The position numbers and the translations under genes are program-made. Shown here piece after piece: positions 38,597-51,182 of a stretch of 64,000 bases of DNA. The stretch is from Octopus vulgaris (Eukaryota). Each line of letters starts with the position of its first letter. Positions within the stretch are counted from its first letter, which is position 1. The stretch is from assembly GCA_951406725.2 (NCBI GenBank), contig OX597814.1, positions 111,538,001 through 111,602,000 of the forward strand. The letters run 5' to 3'. A model generated the notes under the pieces. That model was not told where the DNA came from. It worked only from the letters and a program-made list of their open reading frames with translations, and did not search any database.

Positions 38597-39051
38597 CCTT
38601 TTCTTCTCTAGGTACAAAGGCCCGAAATTTTGGGGGGAGGAGGCACAGTCAATTAGATAGACCCCAGTATGCAACTGGTACTTAATTTATCGACCTTGAA
38701 AGGATGAAAGGCAAAGTTGACCTCGGTGGAATTTGAACTCAGAACGTAAAGACAGATGAAATACCGCTAAGCATTTCACCCGGTGTGCCAATGATTCTGT
38801 CAGCTTTCCACATTAATGGCAATGTAAATATAATATTCTTTTCTTCTCTAGGCACAATGCCCGAAATTTTGGGGCAGGGGGCCAGTGAATTAAATCGACC
38901 CCTGTACACAACTGGTACTTAATTTATCAACCTCAAAAGGATGAAGTGCAAAGTTGACCTCAGCGGAATTTGAACTCAGAACGTAAAGACAGATGAAATC
39001 TCGCTAAGCAATTCGCCCGGAGTCCTAACGATTCTGCCAGCTCACCGCCTT
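38597..39051 (-). mobile_element. Second family M SINE dimer, inserted in another SINE
   Basis: Two reverse copies (~38598-38812 and ~38838-39051); GGGGAAAATAT on both flanks. Confidence 0.85.
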
Positions 39052-39904
39052 CAAGGGGGGAAAATATTACCTTGCCAGCAAACAGGTTGGTGACAGGAAA
39101 GGCATCTGACCCATGCAAGCGTGGGGGAAAGGAACATTGTAGAGACTGATAGAAGTAGTACCAAACGTAAAAATATGTAAGTTCTGGGTCGATTTGTTTG
39201 ACTGAAAAATCTTCAAGGTGTTACCCCAGCATGGCCATTTCTGATGACTGAAACAAGTATAAGATAAAGAATTAAATGATGATGCATGTTGCGTGGGTGT
39301 GCATACATTTATGAGGTTGCAGACGAGGAAAAAGTACTCAACACAGAATTGGAGTAAGTATTTATTACAGCGAGGTTATTCAGTTTCATATTTGTCACTG
39401 GCTGATCTTGTTACTGGTTTCTGATACGTGACTCATGATATTTATAACACTATTTGTGGTCAATCATTGGATAAAAAATGGGTCATTTGGAAAAGAATAG
39501 AAAATGATATAAAACACAGTATGACTTTGTGTGTATGTGAAAATAATGGAAAGAAAAGTGATAGTTTCCCTTCAACGATATTACATACACTTCCACACAC
39601 AGGTACACAGTAATATTTGTTTTGTTGTTTGACGGTATGGACACAATAAAGACAATATGACTTGGACAATATTTGTGTAACTTTCAGTATATTTATCTGT
39701 TTCCCTATCTTTCATTTGTCTTGGTGTCTTTCTGTTTATTCAATTATCTGCATTTGTTTTGTTTTTTTTGTCTCTCTCTCTATATATATATTTGTCTGTC
39801 TCTCTTTGTGTATCCATCTATTTGTCTGTCTGTTTGTCTATTATTTCATCTATTTGCATATTCATTTACCCTTGCATCTCTATCTCTCTCTCACACACAC
39901 GCAC

Positions 39905-40210
39905 TATCATCATCGTTTAATGTCCGTTTTCCATGCTAGAATGGGTTGGACAGTTTGACTGGGGTCTGGGAAGCCAGGAGGCTGCACCAGGCTCCAGTCT
40001 GATCTGGCAGTGTTTCTACAGCTGGATGCCCTTCCTAACTCTGTGAGTGTAGTGGGTGCTTTTTACTTGTCACCGGCACAGGTGCCAGGGGATGCTGGCA
40101 GCGGCCACAATCGGTTGGTGCTTTTTATGTGCCACCAGCACAGAAGCCAGTCAAGGCAGTGCTGGTATCAGTGACATTCACATAGTGCTTTTTACATGCC
40201 ACTGACACGG
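39905..40210 (-). mobile_element. RTE-type 3' end element with 3 modules
   Basis: Same family as 12588-12970. Confidence 0.85.
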
Positions 40211-40374
40211 GGATCACGGGATTGGCTATAAACCGCTCAACACGCTGAAAGATAGATGCCAGAGGACACTGTTACCACCTTCAAATCTCCTATAATAGCA
40301 CACTGGGTTGAGCAAGACACTATTTCATACTGATTTTTACCCTTTATTATAATATATATATATATATATATATC

Positions 40375-40660
40375 ACCGTGATCGACCAGGCTATCAGATG
40401 TTGCTACTCATTGCTGGTCACAATGCGCTTTGCATTGTTTTAGCCTTCAAATGATGCTACCCCGCTGGCTAAGCGAGCAGGCCAACAGAAGAAAGAGTGA
40501 GAGAAAGTTGCGGCAAAAGAGTACAGCAGGGATCGCCACCACCCCCTGCCAGAGCCTCATGGAGCTTTAGGTGTTTCCGCTCAATAAACACTCACAACGC
40601 CCGGTCTGGGAATCGAAACCACGAGTCCACCGCTCTAACCAATGGGCCATTGCACCTCCA
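40375..40660 (-). mobile_element. tRNA-derived SINE, head A with tail T1
   Basis: Minus strand GGAGGTGCAATGGCCCATTGGTTAGAGC...GGTTTCGATTCCCAGACC; flanked by (TA)n. Confidence 0.85.
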
Positions 40661-40813
40661 CATATATATATATATATATATATATCATCAACCCATGCCA
40701 GCATGGAAAGCAGATGTTCTGAAGATTAGAGGCTTCGAATGACCCGTCCGTTTTTTGTGTCGTCTCTTTGTGTATTTTGCGTTCTTGTCCCATTTTGTAT
40801 TTTTATATATAAT

Positions 40814-40860
<47 letters not shown>

Positions 40861-41530
40861 TACACATACATACATGACCACCTGGCACTCCAGTTATGTT
40901 GACGAGTGTTCCAGTTGCTCGAATAAGCAGAGCAGCCTGCTTGTGAAATTAATGTGCGAGTGGTTGAGTACTCCACAAACATACATTCCTTTAATGTAGT
41001 TCTCTAGGAAATTCAATGTCACACAGATTGTGACAAGGCTGACCCCTTTGAAATATAGGTACAGCTCATTTCGCCAGCTGAGTGGACTGGAGCAGTATGA
41101 AATAAAGTGCCTTGCTCAAGGACACAACACACAACCTGGTCCAGGAATTGAAACCACAATCTTATGATCAGGAGTCCTCCACGCTAACCACTAACCTACA
41201 CGCATATATCATCATCTTCATTTAACGTCCATATTCCATGTTGGTATGGGTTGGATGGTTTGACTGAAAACTGGTAAGACAGGGCTGCACCAGGTTCCGA
41301 TCTAATTCGGCAAGGTTTCTATGGCTGGATGCCCTTCCTAATGCCAACCACTCCGAGAGTGTAATGGATGTGCTATTGACCTGACACCGGCATCAGCCAC
41401 AACTATGATTTCACTTGGCGTGACAGGTTTACACAAGCATGGTAAGTTGCCAAAGGTCTTGATCACGTGTCATTGCCGCCATGAGGCCCAACACTTGAAC
41501 GGTGCTTTTTATGTGCCACTTACATAGATG

Positions 41531-41583
<53 letters not shown>

Positions 41584-41589
41584 GTCTCG

Positions 41590-41960
41590 TTGTGGCACTC
41601 CGTTGGTTGTGACGATGAGGGTTCCAGTTGATCCGATCGACAGAACAGCCTACTTGTGAAATTAATGTACAAGTGGATGAGCACTCCACAGACGCATAGT
41701 TCTCGGGGAGATTCAGCGTGACACATTGTGTGACAAGGCTGGCCCTTTTAAATACAGGTACAACAGAAGCAGGAAGAAAGAGTGAGAGAAAGTCGTGGTG
41801 AAAGAGTACAGCAGGGTTCACCACCATCCCCTGCTGGAGCCTCATGGAGCTTTAGGTGTTTTCGCTCAATAAACACTCATAACGGCTGGCTCAGGGAATC
41901 GAAACCGTGATCCTACAACCGTGAGTCCTCTACCCTAACCACTGGGCCATTGCGCCTCCA
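41590..41960 (-). mobile_element. tRNA-derived SINE, head A with tail T2
   Basis: Minus strand GGAGGCGCAATGGCCCAGTGGTTAGGG...GGTTTCGATTCCC; tail shared with 20230-20405. Confidence 0.85.
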
Positions 41961-43510
41961 CACACACACACACACACACACACATGGCTGTATGATTACG
42001 TGTACTTTGCAACTATATAGTTTCAGATTCAGTCTCACTGTGGAACTTACGGCAAATAGCTTTTATTACGACCTTGGGTCAGCCTGTACATTCTGAGTGA
42101 AATTTTGTAAATGGAAACTGTACAGAAGCTTGTAGTATGTATTTGTGTTTATATTTATATCCTGTAACTTGCAGATATGCAAGTTATGGGATACAAACAT
42201 AGGAAGGAAAAATCAATAAGTGCATGATTTAAATATGAACTAGGCTCAATATAATCTAAAGCATTGAAGGAAATTGATTTTATATTGATCATTATCATTT
42301 AATGTCTGTTTTCCATGCTGGCATGGGTTGGTTGGTTTGACAGGAGCTAATAAAGCTGGGAGTTGCACAAGGCTCCATTGTCTATTCTGACAAGGTTTTC
42401 ATGCCTGGGTGCCCTTCCTAACAGCTATCACTTTGCAGAGTCTACTGGATGCTTTCTATGTGGCACTAGTACCAGTGCTTTTTGACTAATATTGGGACTA
42501 AAGACCCTGACAGTATTAAGTCTTTTTGAAGCTACCTAAAATGCCTAAGCATTTTAGAGAATAAGGCAAAAACATCTTCTAGCTCACAAACCTCTGCTCC
42601 ATCATAACTGCCCATAAATGCTTCTTCATCCTTGATGAGCTATTATTCTATAAAGGTAAAGTGATGGTTTGTATAATTTTTAAATGAATGATCCTAAAAT
42701 AAATTAACAATTTTTTACCATTTCCAATTTTTGTAGGGTTAATTAGCTTATATATGGGATAAGCTAAAATATTTATCCATATGGTATGTGAAGGTTATGT
42801 AAGAGTTGCCACTTAAACATTCAACACTCATCTGTCTTAAGGTGGGCTGCTGGTATATGTGTTTCTACATTGATGTCATATGTCACAATATGTATTTTTT
42901 TTATATATATAACTTTTTTGTTACATTATTTGAAAGACATTAATGTATTAGGAATGTCAATTTTACACATCCACATCCTGGGGCTGAAACCATTTGGAAT
43001 TTAATATTTTTGGTGCTAACGGCTGAGTGCAAACATGTTTTTATTAAAATTGTGAGTCTGACAAGATGTTTTGTTGATCTTAGCTTTAATAAAAGTGTGT
43101 GTGTGTGTGTATCTGTGTGGACTCCACATGCTACAATACAGACAACTCATCTTGGTAGGCAAGTAACACTGTATAAGAACTGCAGAGAACCTTCTGTAAT
43201 GCTGGTGGTGCAATAAAATGCACCCAGTCCATGCTGTAAGCCATACACAAGAACAATATTGGCTGGTTTTCTGTGGTGCTTTGTCTGCCAAATGTCAATG
43301 ACTGCAATCAGTGATGGGATTCTGTGAGATCTGTCCAACCTATACTAGCATGAAAGAAAAGTGTAAAATATTGATAACAGGTGCAGGTGTGGCTGTGTGG
43401 TGAGAAGCTTGCTTCCCTGCCATATGATTCTGGGTTCAGTCTCATTGCATAGCACCTTGGGAAAATGTCTTTACTATAGCCTCATGCCAACCAGAGCCTT
43501 GTGAGTGAAT

Positions 43511-43542
<32 letters not shown>

Positions 43543-43544
43543 GG

Positions 43545-43720
43545 GAGAGTTCACGAAAAACACAAAAGACGAAGACAGGTGGTGTAGAAAACAAACAGAT
43601 GTATTAGTATAATGCTCAGGAATTGAAAAAGGTCATTTACGTTTCAAGCCTACGCTCTTCTACAGAAAGGGACACAGAAAGAAACAAGGAGAGAAAAAAA
43701 AATGTGTGTAGTGGCTACCG
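43545..43720 (-). mobile_element. Family 2 repeat with a hammerhead-like motif at 43632-43673, inserted in the (TA)n of an S1 SINE
   Basis: Minus strand CCUUU CUGUAGA A GAGC GUAG GCUU GAAA CG UA; homologous to 3472-3640. Confidence 0.62.
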
Positions 43721-44089
43721 AGTGTTTGTGCTTGTTTTTGTCCCCTACCACCGCTTGACAACTGATGTTGGTGTGTTTACGTCCTCTTGGCAATTTGCAA
43801 AAGAGACTGATTGATTAAGTACCAGGCTTTAAAGAAAAAGAAAAAAGAAGGTACTGGGGTCAATTTATTTGACTAAAAGATTCCTCAAGGTGCTGCCCCA
43901 GCATGGCCGCAGTCGAATGACTGAAACAAAGGTTAAAAGATTTTAAAAAAAAGTAAGTGATATGTCTATAATTTTTGATGCCATTAACCAGTTAAATGCT
44001 AAATCAAAATCTCGACTGCAGATAATATCAATGAAATCCAATGCAGCTTGCAGACCATGTATGCATACACGCGCACACATACTTACTCA

Positions 44090-44720
44090 TCCCCTCCCCC
44101 CAGTTTTTTCTCTCGTCTTTCTATTTCCCTAGTTTTGTTTTTTTTCCCCCCCTACCTTTAATGTTTTTCTCTCCTTTCTCAATTTTTTCTTTGTCCCTCA
44201 CCTTTCAGCTCTCTCTCTCTCTCTCTCTCTCTAGTTCTCTTCTGTCTTTCTCTTTTCTGTCTCTTTCTTTCCTCCTCTCTCTCTCTCCTTCTATCCTTTC
44301 CCTTTCCATCTTTACTTTTTCTCTTATTTTCCTCTTTAATTTCTCTGTCTCTTCTATCTCTTTTCTTGTTTCTCTCCCTCCCTCTTTATTTTCCTCTTGT
44401 CTTTTCTCTCTTCATCCCTTTCTGTTATTTTCTCTTTCTCTGTCCTTGTTCTCTTCTGCCTTTCTCATTTCTGTTTCTTTCTTTCCTTTTCTCTCCCCCT
44501 CCATCTTTTCTCTTTCCATCTCTACTTTTTTCCCTTATTTTCCCCCTTTTCTGTAATTTCTGTCTCCCCTTCTTCTATCTCTCCCTCCTTCTATCTTTAT
44601 CTCTCTCTTCTCTTTTCTCTCTTCATCCCTTTCTGTCATTTTCTTTTTCTTCCTTCCTCTCTCTCATTCCTTTTTTTTTTCATCCATTTCTATAGACATT
44701 GTGTCTTTTCTCTTTCCAAT
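44090..44720. repeat. Long polypyrimidine low-complexity tract with an internal ~210 bp duplication
   Basis: Almost only C/T; CTTTCCATCT.TACTTTTT and TTCTCTCTTCATCCCTTTCTG each occur twice. Confidence 0.9.
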
Positions 44721-45584
44721 ATAAATACTTAACCATAAAACTATAAATAGCCACAGAAATCTGCTTGCTGCCTCAGTTAATTTGATTGACAATAGGTTCC
44801 AAATTGTCTTAGTTGAATGGTTACTGGTAGGAAAAGCCATCTAGGTGTGAAAACAGTCTCTCGAACAATAAGCAAATTTCCATATTCTTAAAACTATCCC
44901 ACCTTGAATGGGAGGAAAAAAATGAATAAATAAATATGAATAAATATACAAAAAGGAAACAAGATACAATCAAAATTTTTATTAGAGAGTTTATCTGTGA
45001 TTAAGACTGCTTACCAACCATATGGTTCCATGTTCAGTCCCACTATGTGGCACCTTGGGCAAGTGTCTTCTACTATAGCTTCAGGCCGACTAAAGCTTTG
45101 TGAGTGGATTTGGTAGACGGAAACTGAAAGAAGCCTGTGTGTGTGTCTTTTTACCTTTTTACTTGTTTGTCATTAGACTGTGGCCATGCTGGGGCACCAC
45201 CTTGGGGGATCTTTAGTCGAATGAATCAATCCTAGTATCTATTTATTATGTTTTTTTAAGTTTGGTACTTATTGGTCTTTTTTGCTGAACTGCTAAGTTA
45301 TGGGGATGTAAACACTCCAACACTGGTTGTCAAGCAGTGTTGTGTGACAAACACAGGCACACACACACACACGATGGGCTTCAATCAGTTTCCATCTACC
45401 AAATCCACTGACAAAGCTTTGGTTGGCCTGAGACTATTGTAGAAGCCACTTGACCATGATGCTGTATGACTGAACCCAAAACCATGTGTTGGTAAGCAAG
45501 CTTCTTACCTCAGACTGTGGATCTTGAAGCAGATAAAGCTACAAGTAATAGCATGTAAATGGGTTAAGACCATACTGAGTTTCT

Positions 45585-46262
45585 TTTGAGTGTTGGGTCT
45601 CACAGAGGCAATGACCGAGACCTTTGGCATTATGTCGTGCTTGAGAAGACCCATCAAGCCAAGCAAAATCGCAGACATGGCAGATACTGGTGTTACACAA
45701 ATTGGCATGTAAAAGCACCCATTATACTCTTGGAGTGGTTAATGTTAGGAAGGGCATCCTGCTGTAGAAATCACGCCAAATAAGACTGGAGTCTGGTGCA
45801 GCTTTCTAGTGTGCCAGCCCAGTCAAACCAACCAACCCATGCTAGCATGGATAATGAACGTTAAATGGTGATGATATGCAAATATGTGTATGTCTGTGTC
45901 TCTTTGTTGTGGCATTGCATGAGTGTCACTACCATACTAGCAGTGTAATTAATTTCTGAGTTCTTTTTGAGCTTTGGACTTCATGGAGGCAAAGTGGCTG
46001 AACTCCCTTCGAGTGTTGGGCCTCATGGAGGCAATGACCAAGACCTTTGGCATTATGTCATGCTTAAGAAGAAGACCCATTGAGCTGAGCAAAATTACAG
46101 TTGTGGCAGATATCAGTGTCACACAAATGGCACTCATGCTGGTGGCACGTAAAAGCACCCATTACAGAGTGGTTGGCGTTAGGAAGGACATCCAGCCATA
46201 GAAAACCTAGTCAAATCATCCAACCCATGCTGGCATGGACAATGGACATTAAAAGATGATGA
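45585..46262 (+). mobile_element. Two RTE 3' end copies that retain the last codons of the RTE ORF
   Basis: DRDLWHYVVLEKTHQAK matches the end of the RTE ORF at 56128-56200, then continues into the module, GGAAGGGCATCC and (GAT)n end. Confidence 0.8.
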
Positions 46263-48464
46263 TGTGAGAAAATGTTTGGGTATGAGGAAATATTAACTTG
46301 CTTGGAAACCAGGAAGGGCTTCTGGTCGTAGAAAATCTGCCTAAATGAATTCTTTCTGACCCATGTAAGCATGGAAAAGTGGACATTAAAGGATGATAAT
46401 GGTGAGTCTGGGTGACCATAATATTTACCCTGCTTGATTTTTGGGGTTCCATCTGATTGTAACTTCTTGGCAGGCTTTTGATGACCTTTGTCAGAAGTCA
46501 CTTGGTATACTTTCCTCCTGAATGTCTTCTTTGCTGCAGCTGGGCTCGCTTTGAGGGAAACTTGGCTGCTATATCTGGCTGTTGAAGAACCATGTAGAGA
46601 CTCTCTGGTTGGCTATAAGGGATTTATACATAACTTTGGAGTAAAACAGCTGAAATATAGACAGGGTATAGAAAGATCTTGAATGAAGCTTTCATCAGAT
46701 ATTGCCAGTTAATATCAATAATTTACCCTATAAATATCTGTCTTTATCTTGCTTGATTTAGAGATATCCAGTTAATGGTTTATGATCTATTTATTGGGAA
46801 AGAAGATTGATTTTCAAATATCAGATAGTGTCCTTGCTTATTGAACAGTTTCATGTTTAGTTTAAACATTATACATATCTTTGTATCAACACCCATTACA
46901 TGATGCTTAGCTCTCCCCCCACCTCTCTCTCGTATCTTTTTGCATGTATTAGTATATTGTATTTGTTTAACATCTGCTTCTCCATACTTCCATATATTAA
47001 ACAGAGTTATTTGAGTCAGGGTTTTATAGCTTGGTGCTCTGCCTGCTGCCAAATATTTAATCACCATCATCATCATTGTAGATGCAGTATGACTAAATGG
47101 TTACGAATTACACTTTGCAACCACAATGTCCCTGGTTCAATCCCACTGCATGGCATCTTGGCCAAATGTCGTTTTCTACAGTCTTGAGTTGACCCACATC
47201 CTATGAATGAAACTGGGTAGACGGAAACTAAAGAATCTCATAAGATTGATTGTACTTAGAATTCAAAAGGTGCCTGGCTGATTCTACCTGAAAATTACAT
47301 CCAGGTTATATGTGTCAGTGGAATACTCTGCCTGTTACAAGCTAATTCAGAAGCAGGTAACTTAGTTGATCAAACAACTGAATCCTTTGTTAAATGATGG
47401 AGACCCATTTGTGTCATCATCATTGTTCTGTTTGCCCTTCCATGTTGACATGGGTCAGATGGGTCATGACTGATTGAGTTGCATTTTATTCAGAGTTCCT
47501 GTTCTGGAGAGGTCAGAGGTCAGCATTTCACTTGTATGTTTCATTTTGACTTACTTTCTATGGTTGGATGCCCTTCCTAATAATTAACCCTCAACAGATT
47601 TTGGACAGAGTGTCTTCATCATCATCATTAGATGTCATCTACTCCTAGTGTCTGCCGCAGCTGCGATTTTGCTCAGCTTGATGGGTCTTCTTTTCTAATA
47701 CGGTATAATGCTAAAGGTCTTGGCCATTGCCTCCACTAGGCCTAACACTTGAAAGGAACTCAGCCACTTTGCCTCCGTGAGGCCCAATGCTTATCATCAC
47801 TTAAAATCTGTTGACATGGGTTGGACAGTTTGACAGGAACTGACAACCAGGGGATTAGATCAAACCTCTGTGCCTGCTTTACTGTGTGTAAAGGTTGTTT
47901 TTTTTTCTCTACTGGTACACTCTGTAATGTGGTTGGTATTAGGAAGGGATCCAGCTGTAGAGAGCATATCAAAATAGACAATTGGAGCCTAGTGCAACTC
48001 TCCAGCTTGCCAGCTCCTGTTAAACTGCCTGGCTTATGCCAACATGGAATGGGGAAAAAGTAAAAATGAGGGAGTGGATAGTTCTTCCCAATATTTTCTA
48101 TATTCAACAACCTCTTGTAGCATTTTCAGTCTTTATTCTCAGTCCATTGCATTGGAGTTTTTTCATGATTTGGGCCTTTTTTCTTTCCATTTTTGTTTTG
48201 TTGCCTGAATGTCCTTCTTGTTACCAACTACTTTAAGGTTTCGAGCTGAGTGTACAAGCGTAAATATATAGTCCAGTAGTAAATAAATAAATAAATTTAA
48301 AATTGTGCCCTATATAGCCTCACAATTATAAATACTACTCTCATAAATATGGGGGTAATAAATTAAAAAGTCTAAGACTACTAACCCTTTTCCAGGATGT
48401 ACTTAAGTACATTTTATCAAGGTTCCAGCATTAAAGGTTATTAATGTCCTCTGAAAGATGTATC

Positions 48465-48930
48465 ATCATAATCATCCACTTTCCATGCTGGCATGGGTTG
48501 GACAGTTCAACTGGAGTCTGGAAACCCAGGAGGCTGCACCAGGCACCAGTCTGATCTGGCAATGTTTCTACAGCTGGATGCCCTTCCTAACGCCAACCAC
48601 TCCGAGAGTGTAGTAGGTGCTTTTTATGTGCTACTGGCACAGGAGCTAGTCAGGCGGGCCTGGCATCAGTCACTTTTGGATGGTGCTTTTTACATGCCAC
48701 CGACACAGGAGCCAGTCAAGGCAGTGCTGGCATTGGCCACGTTTGGATAGTGCTTTTTATATGCCACCGGCACAGAAGCCAGTTAGGGTGGTGCTAGCAT
48801 CAGCCACGTTCAGATGGTGCCTTTTACATGCTGCCAGCCCGGGCGAGGGGGCTGGCATTGACCATGTTCGGATGGTACTTTTTACATGCCACCGGCACAG
48901 GGACCACAACTACAATTTCCATTTGATTGT
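48465..48930 (-). mobile_element. RTE-type 3' end element with 5 tandem modules
   Basis: GTGCTTTTTA-like starts at 48617, 48683, 48750, 48817 and 48875 (periods 66, 67, 67, 58). Confidence 0.88.
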
Positions 48931-50961
48931 GATTTGATTTCATTTTGATGTTGATGTATAGTCTTCTATTGTAAGCATGGCCACTGTCCAATGACTGAAA
49001 TAATATATTATAAGCAACATAAAGTGACACCAGTAACACGTTCTTTGTGTTATTATTTTATCACAAACAAAAGTAAATGTTAAAATCAAATAGCGATGAT
49101 TGTTTTTCTAGAATAATCTTATTTTCATTTATTTATGTTCAAATTAACTTTTTTTTTTTTATTATATATTTGTTGCTGTTGAGAAACATTCAACTGGCAA
49201 ATTAAAGATTTAATGAATTCCAGCTGTGGCCATCCGATTTAAAAAAAAAAAATTTATTTGGACACAACCAACATCAAGGGCTGCAATATTCAATGTGTCC
49301 TTCCAGCTGGGTGTGATATGAGTGAAATTTGGCTGCTATTTTTAATAGATTGTGCAACCACAAAGGGTACTTTGCTGATCGTTTTGTTTCCTTTTTAATT
49401 GCCATCCTTGCTGTCAAGTAATGTCATTGTTTTAGCTCTCTTAATGTTTAATTACATGTAATTAAGACAAATTTTACAATAACTAGGAAGTTATTTCCTC
49501 ATTGTTGTTAAATTGCATGTGCACGCACACAAACACACACACACACACACGTGTGTGTGTGTTAGCTGGTTGGTTATTGCCATTCTCAGTTGGTGAGATT
49601 TATGTACATTATGTTGTGTGTGAACATGTGTGGCCTAGCTTTATCTTTTACTTGTTTTGTCCATTGGACTGTGGCCATGCTGGGGCACCACCTTGAAGTA
49701 TTTTAGCGAAATAAATTGATCCTAGTACTAAGATTTTTTTAAAACCTGATACTTGACTCATTTCTCTCTCCCTTTTGCCAAACAGCTAAGTTACAGGGAC
49801 ATAAACACACCTACACCAGTTATCAAGTGATGGTGACACACACACAGAGGTTGATGTTGATATATATCTATATGACAGGCTTCTTTCAGTTTCAGTCTAC
49901 CAAATCCACTTGCAAGACTTTGGTCAGTCTGGGGCTATAGTAGAAGACACTTGTCCAAGGTGGGACTGAACCAAGAGCCATGCGATTGGGAAGCAAACTT
50001 ATTACCACACAGCCACACGTGTGTGCCTTATTAATCACAAGCATTAAGATTCTTAGTTTATTGGTGCTCACTTATAAAACTCATTTAAGTCCTTGACTGT
50101 CAAGAATTGCAACTATCTGTTTGAGACTCCTAGTTATAACAAACTGCCTTAGTAAATAAAATAAAGTAAATTTTGGCTGCAAAACAGCTAAAACAAAGCA
50201 AAACTAAACAAAAGAAGGAAAGTTCGTTCTCTCAAATTCCAATTGGAACTTAAATAGAAATTATAAACATTTGTTTTTGTTACAAGAATTACAATTAGTA
50301 ATCCAGGCACACATGCCCTAAACCGTCTCTTCTTTTCTCTCTCTCGGTGCTTGTTAACTGATTTGCATTGGCTTGCAATGACTCTAAACTTTGCTACTCG
50401 AGAATTGTACAACAATGAAGACATTTATTGATTGGTTAAAAAGAATGAATCTAAGAAGAAGCTTTTGTTTCAACCTAGTTTCTGACCTGTCTACTTAACA
50501 GCCATTTTTATCAACAAGATAAAGAATTTGTAACAAACCAGAAAAATAATTTTCAATTTTAGGAACGCTGAAATACTTGACTGGAATTACAGAAATAGAA
50601 TTGTTTAGAATTAACTTAGTAATTCCATTATTTGTCCCCATATTTCTGTTGAAATATACTGACTTTGTTTCAGTTAATTTTTAAAATTCTGAAAAATTTA
50701 GTAAACTTTGTCATTATTAAGCTGATGTTTGGGATGTAGACTAACTTGCAATTTTGGTGGAAAGTCTTAATTTTGATTATTTTAACCCTCTCAGACTTGG
50801 TGCCCCCCTGTGTCTAACTTTACCCTCACAGACCTGGGTTCCTGAGCAAAAAAAAATAAATATTTGCATATACAGCTCAAGAATAGCAATTGCAGGCAGA
50901 CTAATGGACAGAATCCCCCCAAAAAATTCAGGAAAATGACAATAATAGGCTTATCTCTTAA

Positions 50962-51182
50962 CCCTTTTGTTACTGTTTTTATTTTGAGATGCTCTGTGTT
51001 TCTTTCAATTACTTTAAATATAACAAAGAATTTAGCAAAATAACTTCGTTATCATTCAGCTAGTGTTAGGAACATAAATTGTGACTAAGGTTTGGTGGAA
51101 GATTTTAATTCAAAACTTATGAAAACAAGACATTTGTACCACAGAGCCAGAAGGGGTTTCAACTGGGTTGGTAATGAAAGGG
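50962..51182. mobile_element. piggyBac-like MITE P2
   Basis: TTAA-CCCTTTTGTTAC...GTAATGAAAGGG-TTAA. Confidence 0.88.

Noticed and set aside
39395-39445. GAAACCAGUA on the minus strand, hinting at another hammerhead
   Set aside because: No intact CUGANGA or stem II upstream.
44041-44732. Longest ORFs (171, 109, 111 aa), superficially membrane-protein-like
   Set aside because: Translation of a C/T low-complexity tract that lacks stop codons by composition.
48610-48930. Repeat-spacer-like periodicity resembling a CRISPR array
   Set aside because: The variable halves are homologous to each other, the array is part of a dispersed eukaryotic retroelement, and there are no cas genes.
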